The notes below the pieces were generated by a model, which saw only the letters and a list, made by a program, of their open reading frames with translations, searched no databases and was not told the origin of the DNA. From assembly GCA_009602735.1 (NCBI GenBank), contig WELA01001939.1, forward strand, positions 220,862 through 249,028: a DNA stretch of 28,167 nucleotides, written 5' to 3'. Source of the DNA: Mesotaenium endlicherianum. Its lineage: Eukaryota. Below are positions 1 through 9,369 of the stretch, piece by piece. Each line of letters begins with the position of its first letter. Position 1 is the first letter of the stretch. The translations under genes were made by a program, and so were the position numbers.

Positions 1-1253
1 TCCCATCTTCTACATGACGATCTACCTCTTGTGGTTCTGGCATGGGGTAGTCCTCTACGTTTGTCTCACGAATATCTATAAGCCAGTTGTGTAAAATGCA
101 ACCAGCAATTAGAATGACAGAGGCATATTTTGTGTCATGCTTCAAAGAACGATCGACACCATTAAACAAGCGCCACACGTTCTTGAATATACCAAAGGTT
201 CTCTCAACACACATCCTCTGACTAGAGTGCTGAAAATTGAATGTCGTACATGACACACTAATCACACAACGTACTTTCTCGTAAGGCGTAACCACTCATG
301 GCATAATTTGATAACCCGCATCAGCTAAAAGATACGGCCTCACAAAATCTCCCAAATCTAACTCAACGTCGGGAGCGGCTGACAAGACATGAGATCTTTG
401 CACATACTCATTGTGGACAGGAGATGCTTTAAAAATGCGAGAGTCGTGCACTGAGCCGGGCCAACCTCCATACACATCCAAGAAACGACACTGTGAATCA
501 ACTATCGCTTTCAAGACAATTGTGTAGTCACCTTTTCTGTCGTGGTAGCATCCGCCCAGCCATCCAGGAGGTCTCTTGATCTTGATATGAGTGCAATCAA
601 TTGTTCCAGCGATACCTCTCCAGCCATACTTCACTTCAAAGGCATCCATAACCCTTTGAAGTGGCGCACCAGAAGGATATTGAACACGACTGGAATCTAC
701 TAAAACGAGGGCAGCAGATACTTCTCTAATTGCTATGCAAACGGTTGCTTCTCCAAATCCAAGTATTTCGCTTATTGTCAGCAACGTGCAACCCCCTGCT
801 AGCCTCAAAAGAGTAGCAGCCACCTTTTGCTCCGTACTCACGGGCTTGCGTACAAAATTTGTCTTACCCCTTAATACAAACGGTTGAACGCATCTAACCA
901 GGACCTTAGAATTGCCCCTAGAGACGTCGCCACCTAACGTCATCCCACTGCCTCATAACGACTCTCTCGAACCAAAGTGAGCACCTAGGCAACACGTACA
1001 GTCTATGTTGCAAGCGTTTCTTCTTCCTTGACAGATGGGCATAGTAGCATAGCACGGTATGCTGCATGCTAGCATGCCTTAGCAATTGCTTACTCTCATT
1101 TGCTTGGTTCTCAATTGCAGCATGTACCTCATGGATGGTGTTTCGGAGGACATCACCAAACCTCTCTTCAAGAGAGGCCCACTGGTTGACAGCAAATATA
1201 ACGATGAGGAGAGCGACAACTGTTGTAAACTTCTGTGCTCCAAGTGCATCCAT
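1..1253 (-). pseudogene. PIF/Harbinger-family DDE transposase (HARBI1-like), disrupted; runs off the left edge of the window
   Basis: ATG at 1253 gives MDALGAQK...LYVLPRCSLWFERVVMRQWDDVRWR. A frameshift near 920-930 leads into VSRGNSKVLVRCVQPF...VSTEQKVAATLLRLAGG (HTH-like), then GTIDCTHIKI (D1), VDSQCRFLDVYGGWPGSVHDSRIF and YLLADAGY (D2). An in-frame TGA at 296-298 sits where Trp is expected (MP*VVTPY). The same frame continues FNFQHSSQRMCVERTFGIFKNVWRLF (E) and CILHNWLI to the window edge. Confidence 0.93.
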
Positions 1254-1379
1254 GGTTACGAGAACATGTAATGCGGAAGTAAAATGGCAGGATCGGAACC
1301 TGACCCCCCCCCCCCCACCCCACCTCACCCCACCCCAACGCACCTCACTCCACCCTCTCAACGAGCCATTGTGAGCAGC

Positions 1380-2900
1380 AAGCCTACCCAGACACAACNT
1401 AGCCAGCCCGACCCGACATAAACGTGCAAGGGGGGGGCTTGCTGGCCTGCTAGGCCAGCTCGCCCCGACGGAGACGTGCAAGAAGCCTATCCCAACAGAA
1501 ACAAGCGAGGGGCCGGCTGTTGGCCTGCTGCGCCAGCCCGCCCCGACGAAAACGTGCAAGGGGGGGGCTGCTGGCCTGCTGCGCCAGCCCGCCCCGACAA
1601 AAATGTGCAAGGGGGGGGCTGCTGGCCTGCCGCAGCCAGCCCGACCCGACGGGAACGTGCAAGAAGCCCGCCCCGACAGAAAAGAGCGAGGGGCCGGCTG
1701 CTGGCCTGCTGCACTCAGCGTGCCCCGACGGAGACGTGCAAGAAGCTCCCCCCAACAGGAAAGATCAAGGGGCCGGCTGCTGGAGAGCTGCAGCCTGTGC
1801 GCCCCGACAGAAACGTGCAAGGGGGGGGTGGCTGGCCTGCCGCAGCCAACCCGACCCGACGGGAACGTGCAAGAAGCCCGCCCCGATAGAAACGAGCGAG
1901 GGTCCGGCTGCTGGTCTGCTGCAGCTAGCCCGACCCGACGGAGACGTGCAAGAAGCCCGCCCCGACGGAGAAGAGCGAGGGGCCGGCTGCTGGCCTGCTG
2001 CACTCAGCGTGCCCCAACGGAGACGTGCAAGAAGCTCCCCCCAATAGGAAAGATCAAGGGGCTGGCCTTTGGAGAGCTGCAGCATGTGCGCCTCAACAGA
2101 AACGTGCAAGGGGGGGCTGCTCGCCTGCTGCGCCATCCCGCCCTGACAGAAACGAGCAAGACGCCCCCCCCGACAGAATTAAGCGAGGGGCCGGCTGCTG
2201 GCCTGTTGCAGCCAACCCGACCCGACGGAGACGTGCAAGAAGCCCGCCCCGATAGAGAAGAGCGAGGGGCCAGCTGCTGGCCTGCTGCAGCCAGCCCGTC
2301 CCGACGGACGTGCAAGGGGGGGGCTGCTGGCCTGCTGCACCAGCCCGCCCCGATGGAATCAAGCAAGACGCCCCCCCGACAGAAACGAGCGAGGGGCCGG
2401 CTGCTGGCCTGCTGCAACCAGCGAAACCCAACGAAAACAAAGAAGATGCCCCTCCCGAAAAAAAAAAGCGAGGGGTCGGCTGCTGACCTGCTGCAGCCAG
2501 CCCGGCCCGACGGAGCAAGCAGAGGAGGGACCTAGGGGCCTAGGCCTGTGCCCCCCCTACCTGTCCTTTCCGACAGTGTAGACTGAGTCGCCCTTGGGCA
2601 ATGTGCACGTCAACACGTAGGCTTCGCCGTCCCGCTTTCCGGACGAGACACAGGTCACCACCTGCCTCCCCTCCCCCCCCTCCCCCACCCCACGCAGGAA
2701 ACACCAAGTGGCGAATGAGCTCCGCCCCGACCGCAGCAAGCAAGGGGCGGGTTGCAGCACCGCAGAAGCTAGCCTACCCTCACTGAAGCGATCAAGGGGG
2801 GACTTCCTAGCCTGCTGCAGCCTGGCTGCCCCACTGAAACAAGCAAGGGGCAGCCTGCTGGCCTGCTGCAAGCAGCCCGCCCAGACCATAACAGGCCATA
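1380..2900. repeat. GC-rich degenerate tandem repeat with higher-order structure
   Basis: Recurring modules GGGGCCGGCTGCTGGCCTGCTGC, CAGCCCG(A/C)CCCGAC(G/A)G, ACGTGCAAGAAG and ACGTGCAAGGGGGGG build units of roughly 50-80 bp. The block ...ACTCAGCGTGCCCC...GGAAAGATCAAGGGG...GGAGAGCTGCAGC occurs twice (~1710-1800 and ~2000-2090). The array is interrupted at ~2520-2720. Confidence 0.9.
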
Positions 2901-3693
2901 CAACATAAGCCTGCAGCGCCTCTAGCCTCCGAGGGTGCAGCCGCTGCCATTGTCCCCCGCATATCGTAGAGTAAGGGAGGGACAAAAGAGAGTAGAAGGG
3001 AGGAGTAGCAACAGCTGCCAGCTCCTCTAACACAAAAGCGATGGTAACCGGCCGCACTGATCTATGCACATCACATGATCTATGCACATCAAATTAAACA
3101 ACGGCGGGGCAGCCGCCACCTATGCCTGGCCATCCATATCGAGATTTGAAACAAAAAGCAGACCCTCTCAGGCCCCCGGTAGGCAGACAAATGGCCAAAT
3201 GAGGAAGTGCATGCATTTTTTATTGCTGTGACACTAATTGTCAAAGCCTACCTGTTCTGGTAGCGGGCGAACTTTACAGATGACGTAAGTGCAGAAGACA
3301 CTGTTGGCCTCCTGTAAAAACATGCTGATCTGTCACCGTCAGCAACAAGTTGCCGTAAAACAAAATCCGACGTTGCAGTATGGCACTACTAAACACTGCA
3401 AAACTTAAGAGCGCGTGGTAGATGTTTCCCACGCATTAATATTTCATATCAGCTGAATTTGAGCAAACAGAACATGCAAATAATCTCACCTGCCAATGTG
3501 CCAATGAAGGTGGGCAAAGGCAGGTCTTAAAAGAAAACCTAAATAAAGCTGCTCAGAGAGAAACTTTGCCGACTTCTCTGCGACGAAGAGTTGTGAAGTA
3601 GAAAGGAGGAAGACGTTTAAGCATTGGGGTGCCTTCGTGTAATGAATCAGTATATTAGTCGATATAATATTCATTTAAATATAATAGTTAATT

Positions 3694-3835
3694 AAGTTCA
3701 GCCTGCTGAACTTTAGTTAATAGTCAGTCTGCTGGACTTTACATAATTATCAGTTTGCTGACTCAGTCGAAAGCAGCAGGCTGAAAGTCCATATAAGTCA
3801 GCTTGCTGACACATTCTTTGACAGCAAGCTGACTT
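3694..3835. repeat. Array of ~6 quasi-palindromic AGTCAGC(C/T)TGCTGACT-like motifs at ~25 bp spacing
   Basis: Copies begin near 3694 (AAGTTCAGC-CT-GCTGAACTT), 3722, 3749, 3773 (inverted), 3795 and 3819 (inverted). The last two form a perfect 14-bp inverted repeat, AAGTCAGCTTGCTG/CAGCAAGCTGACTT. Confidence 0.8.
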
Positions 3836-4738
3836 CCGTACTCGGTAGCAGCGAATTGCCTTGATATGCATCTAAGTGCGATATGCTAGATGAATAGCCA
3901 GATGACATCCCTATGATGGATGGCTATTCGGGATGATGGGAGATGGCAGTGGATTTGGTTAACCGAGGTCCTACCAACGTGGTTAACTCCCGGGTAGGCG
4001 GTGCCATCGCACTGACCGTTGAACAGTAAACTCATTCCATGTACATACGCTAGGCATTGCTCTCGAGTTCGGCATTCGGAAACGAGGCCAACTCTCTTGT
4101 ACAGCTTACTGAGAGAACTCTGAATCCAAGGCGAGAAGCCATTGATACGCACTGTCTTCTAACCTTGCTTATGTATGAGTTTACTGATTTGCATCATTGA
4201 TGCTAGTTTACTCGCATTTGACTTACGAGTATTATTCCCTGCTAGTGTATTGTCCTTTGCCGTTTAACTAGTTAACGGAAATACCATAAGATTACTTGCT
4301 GATATAAAGATCTTTATTAATTGTTAATCGCCTATTTGGTAAGTCGATTCATTTCACTTCGTGAGAAAAATAGAAAAGGAGGCAAAATAACTTGGTTTGC
4401 TTTCCTGAAATATGTCTTCGCACACCCGCGAAATCCGTTCACCATTCGCGCGAGATCGCGAGGAGGGGAATTGACAAATACAGTTTGGAAAATGTGCACG
4501 AGATGCACTGTAAACCGAACAAGCTTTTTGATAATGCCCTTCTTTTGAAAAACGTTATTTGCATTTTCGTTCAATACCGCAATTGCCGTTGTTGAATAAT
4601 GGTGCTGGGCCCACTGTAAATAGGCCCTAAGCAAGCACCTTGCACCAGTAAAGTTTCAAAAATGTACAATGAAAAAATTAGGGCACATGATGTGCAAGTC
4701 CCAAGAGTCGAGGCATCGCAAGATAGAGTCTATGCATC

Positions 4739-5059
4739 TTACTTCACATAAAAAAATAGTGTCTTTAGTCTTTCTGAACTTCCAACGTACTGCTCGGCCA
4801 AGAAGCCATTAGGGAGCCTGAATGGAGGAACATCTACATGAGCAATGTTTCTAGTGGTGTGAAAGATCTCAAAGCAAGTATCAAGACACATGTGCACGTT
4901 GCACCGTCGACACATAAACTGGCACTTAGCCTTCCTTTTCCCAGCTTCCAAATAAAACTTCTTAAACATGCAAATGACACAGTTAGCCCTCACTCCCTTA
5001 TCCACATGGCTAGGAAAGTGCCTTGCTGTCCACCTAGCCTCCCCTGCTATTCCCTCTTT
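4739..5059 (-). pseudogene. piggyBac-transposase-type C-terminal cysteine-rich zinc-finger fragment
   Basis: Frame reads RWTARHFPSHVDKGVRANCVICMFKK...KAKCQFMCRRCNVHMCLDTCFEIFHT, matching the HFP...R..CxxC...CxxC...C...CF..(F/Y)H pattern of piggyBac C-termini. It is out of frame with the upstream 5047-5526 ORF. Confidence 0.75.
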
Positions 5060-5526
5060 CTAACCGGTTCTATGTCTTCTTCTACCTCCTCCGTTGCTAC
5101 TTCAAACTCCTCATCTGATAGCGCTGGTGACCCTCCCTCCTCTACAACAATCTCTTCTAATTCTACAATCAATTTTGTTCTTGCTTGAGGAGGGCTCTGA
5201 ACTGCAGGGTTTTGTAAATTAGAGCTAGGTTCGGGCCGGATCCTCACAACTCCCTCGTAAGGCTTAATCCACTCCATTTTGAGTACTTTTGGAATGTGTT
5301 GCAAAATATAAGAGCGTTTCCATGTCCTATATTCCCCATCGTATGCAAAATATATCTTGTACTTAGTTTCCTTCTGCTTAGTGACCTCTTCTTCAAGCTC
5401 CCCAATCAAAAACAATTGCTCAAACTCTAAACCGAACTCTTGCTGTGCCCATATTTCTCCCCAGATCTTGCTAGGAGTGAGTATTCTAGTGCCTACCCCT
5501 ACCACGAACATTACACGAAGATGCAA
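5047..5526 (-). pseudogene. Putative N-terminal portion of the piggyBac-like protein (unassigned domain plus acidic tract)
   Basis: 159-codon open frame with protein-like composition (GTRILTPSKIWGEIWAQQEFG...KYKIYFAYDGEYRTW) ending in EEIVVEEGGSPALSDEEFEVATEEVEEDIE. It lies between the TTAA end and the Cys-rich domain on the same strand. Confidence 0.5.
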
Positions 5527-8500
5527 TGGCAGCCATGGCTGTTAGAGGACAGAAGCGAAGAAAACAGAGTGCTTTCGAGTGAGAAATTATCGGCCTAATA
5601 TGTTCGAATTTGTTACTGCAAAGTCGTACAGCTCCGTGAATACTTGTCTGTTTGCTCTAAAACTATTTTTCCAATTCAATTCAGGTCTTTGTGGTTCTAG
5701 CCATACTTGACTCATTTAATTCTGATTTAAAAAAAGCATAGAAACATGTTACATAAAATAGGCGAATAGTGGTGTCATATTTGGTTCCAAGACCACATTT
5801 GGCCCCATCATCTACCTAGTGTTAAGTAGTGCTAACTTTCTATCTGTCTAGGAGAAACTTGAACTTTGAGAGTGAAAATTAAGTAACCCAGGGTTCTTCA
5901 AGTTGACATTTGCGTTGAGAATTCAGATTTTGAGAATTGAAAGTTAGATTATTAAAGTGTCCGCTGCATTTTCAAACAAACTTACATTTGATCTTTCAGA
6001 TCAAATCTTCAGCTTTTCAGGCTGCAGACCGCGCGTGCGTGTATTTCGTGCAGGTTGACGACGCATGTATGCCGACGCGCGCTCAAGCATGTGTGTACTG
6101 AATTACGACAATTGCAAGTCATCAGAAAACTTGAAGACATTTCACCAAATCATATAGAACAAGAAAACAAGATAGGCATTATGCGAAAAAAGGCATGAAT
6201 GTACGAGTGCACTCGAAAAAGAAAGACAGCAAAAAGACACGCGAAGACCAATCAAAGAGAAAATTACGAACATGAGACATTAATCGCTTATTCGCGCGCG
6301 TAGTTTTGAGATTGACTTCCATCCTATGCTAACCTAATCTATATGCTAGGTATTTTGTTTGTGTTTGGTGTAAATTGCTATTATGTTCATTACTTGCTAT
6401 TGCATTTTTTTCTACTCTTTCCATTTCTTGCTCGTCTTAGAGGGTGGGTGGGCGGGTGGGCTCTAGTAGCACTGTGCACAGTGTACACTGCAATGACTTT
6501 CTAGAGGGTGACAAAAGTATGAAATTTAGGTGTCCTGGATTGTTTTGAGCATTGAGATTTGAGAGTTTGAGATTTGAGGTGTGAAAAGTTTGCTACATGT
6601 TTAGACTACTAAAGACTTGATCTGACAGGTCACTTCTTCAGTTGGCTCCTCCTGTGGCTCCTCTAGTGGCCTTGCCAGTGGAAAATCTCCACTCCACCGG
6701 AGCTGGTGGCGTTATTGGTGGCCCTGATGGGGGCTCATCTTTCCCTGCTCAGGCCTGTCTCCCACTCAGCCTCTCTTCTTTTTGCACTGTCCCAGTTCCG
6801 CCCCACAGAGTTCGAGAGTTCTTAAGCAGCAAGCCTGGTCCTTTGGGCGCCGTGCATGTATGCCATTTGGAGTCTGGACTGTCCATTGAGCTGGAAGGCG
6901 CCTCTGGGATTGTGCTATCGCAGACGTGTAGAGGAGCATATGGGACGTACAGTGCCTGAATATCCTCTCGCTGTAATTAAGAGCGTGTGTAGTACAGTCA
7001 TATGCAGGCGCTGGTCTGGACTCTTGTCTTCATGTGGCATGCACAGGCCCATATCAGCACCCCTAATCTTGTTCCCGACGCTCCCACCGTCAACACATGG
7101 GGGAGGATCCTACGTCGCGGATCTCCCCCCTCCCTCCGCGGGGCTCTCACCCTGAGAATAGGCAAGGGGTGAACTGAAGGGGTCCGCTTGATCTGGGACG
7201 GGCACCCCTTGCGAGCTGCTGCCTGCTGCTGCTACTGCCACCGTGGCTGCCACCACGGCTGCCACAATCCATCTTGCCTGCCGCCTGCCTCTGAATACTT
7301 CTCTTCCAGCTCCAAAGCAACACCCTGCGTACCAGGCACCCGCCTTAGCCCATTCTCCCCCCTCTTCCAGCCCTGCCTCCGGCAACGCCGGGAGATGAGA
7401 GGTGCCCCCCGGCCCCCCAATAGATCCTCAATTTTTCTATCTTGAGTCTGAGGGGTTCAAAGGCTGGTTGCGTTATCTGGTTGCGTTATCTGTTCCAGAG
7501 CACCTCGCCAGGCACCTCGCCAGGCCCATTGACAGACTTCCTCTCGGCAGCAACCTCGGTGCAGGGGAATATGACCTGCCACTTGGCATACAGCTAGCAG
7601 GGGCAGCAAGCAAGTGCCGTATTGCACGTGTGGCAGGCAAGGGACCAGAGCTAAGGGCCCAGCTGCAATCAGGGCCCAATGTTAGCACCCCTCAGCCTAA
7701 GGATCCTGCACAACAACCTTCTTGTGACACCCTCCGTATGTCCGAGGCTGAGCGGGTGTGAAACCGCGGGCTGGCGCTTGCCGTGTGCCAGATGGCAGCA
7801 TGCCAGTATAGGCGTTGATGTTCTGTCAGGTATGACCAACGGGGGCTGCGGTGATTCTTTGTCTGCCAGAAGTTGCCGAGACCAAAGATGGAGACTGGGA
7901 GAGGTAGAGATAGGGCAGGGACAGGGACGGGGATGGGGACTGGTGCAGGTGCCGTTGCATGTAGTCAGTAGGCGCTGGAAAACAGGAAAAGCCTTGGAAT
8001 GGCAGCAGAGTTTCTTGGAAATGTGCGCACTGCAAAGTAAGTACTTTGTATGCGAGCAACTTTAGAAGTGAATGGTTTGGACCTTGGCAGCATTTCGATA
8101 TTTTTGATTGCCCTGGGCTGCATGTACGCGAGCGATTGTACCTGGAGTTTTAAGTTATACACTTTAGTAGTGCCAATCCGCTCTCACAACACTATCTGCT
8201 TGCTGGTGTTTGTGGGTCAACTTCGTATAAAAGTGATACTATTGCAGATTGTGATGCAAACGCCCCACTACAGAGTCATTAAAAAGGTTCAAGCTATGAT
8301 GCAGGCTTCGTAAAAAGTAGGCTTCATAATCGTGTCATGTTTGTCTCATGTCAGGAGTCTCTCTCTTGCTTGTGCCGACAATAATATATCCTACTAGGGG
8401 GCCATGGAGTGCCACACATGCCTGGGTTGTTTAGAAGAGTGCGTATCCACACTGTACTTGGCCTCAACAAACTCTACTCAATAAACCTGGCAGCAGCGGC

Positions 8501-9078
8501 AGCATTGCAGCACGAAGGCAGAACCCTAATCCACCGCAAGGCTTGGCACGCCAGACACAACCCTAAACAATACACTAGCCATGAACAGATACTAGATCGT
8601 CATTTATACGCAAGCAACCCCACCAGCATGTATAGCAGAATTGCGTCGCCTCCTCCAGTCGAGCCTCCCTCCGTCCCTCCACAACAAGTTTAGGCTTTAA
8701 CTTCTCACTTCTCCGCCCTCCACCTCCCCTCCCCTTCCCCACTCCCCCCCAGACTCAGCGCTCGCAGTCCAACATTCCAGACAGCTCCCCTTGGCTGGCT
8801 CTCCCTCCCGCTGCTCTAGCTCTGCCATCGCTGCTCCTGGCTTTCTCCCGGTCGTGTCGTTGGTTCTCCTCGTCATCGCTCCGTTGCCGCTCCTCTGCCC
8901 GTGTTGTTACTTCTCCAGCTGTCGCGTCACTGCAGCTCTGGGCGTGCCGTTGCGGCTCCTACTCGTGCCCTCGCCAGTCTCGTCGCACCAATGCTTCTCC
9001 TAGCCCTCGTGCCCTTGCTGCTCCCCCAGTGCGTCAAACCGGCTGTTGCTCTCGCTCCACTTGGCAAGCCAGCCAGCT

Positions 9079-9336
9079 CTACTTGGCGACCTTCTTGCGG
9101 GCCTCGTTGAGGTACCCGATGATCATGACGGCGGCCGCGACGGCGACGCCAACGGCGCCCTGGCCCAGGATGCCGTAGTAGCTCTCGGCGCTGCCGTCCT
9201 TGCCAGCGGCGTTCCAGAACGCGGGCGACGTGTCGCGGCACCCCAGCTCCGCCATCTTCTTGTGCGCTGCCGCGTAGTCTGCAAAGAAGGCCGCCTCGTC
9301 CTGCCCAGCCGCACGCACGCACACACGCAGAAGCAC

Positions 9337-9369
<33 letters not shown>

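Larger units (their letters stand above)
1..4627 (-). mobile_element. Probable PIF/Harbinger element body (one end only)
   Basis: Transposase at 1-1253 plus a candidate terminus reading TTA|GGGCCTATTTACAGTG on the minus strand (4630-4612), i.e. a GGGCC-initial TIR-like end next to a TAA/TTA target. The core CACTGTAAA recurs at ~4506. The partner TIR is not visible, and other insertions may lie inside this span. Confidence 0.5.
4631..5825 (-). mobile_element. piggyBac-like relic, internally deleted (no catalytic core)
   Basis: The minus-strand end reads TTAA|CACTAGGTAGATGATGGGGCCAAATGTGG (TTAA at 5822-5825), with a second imperfect GGAACCAAATATGAC copy just inside. It encodes an N-terminal ORF with an acidic tail (5047-5526) followed by a piggyBac-type Cys-rich domain. 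Confidence 0.6.

Noticed and set aside
1450..2535. Many overlapping 100-310 aa ORFs on both strands
   Set aside because: They result from a stop-poor GC-rich tandem repeat; the peptides are repetitive with no recognisable domain.
3384..3400. CACTACTAAA as a possible CACTA terminus
   Set aside because: No matching inverted partner with a 3-bp TSD found in the window.
3694..3835. CRISPR-like appearance of spaced palindromic repeats
   Set aside because: Repeats are degenerate and in mixed orientation, spacers are ~10 nt, there are no cas genes and the context is eukaryotic.
8380..8410. Reverse-strand CATGGCCCC resembling part of U6 snRNA
   Set aside because: Only a few bases match; no ACAGAGA box or flanking U6 sequence.
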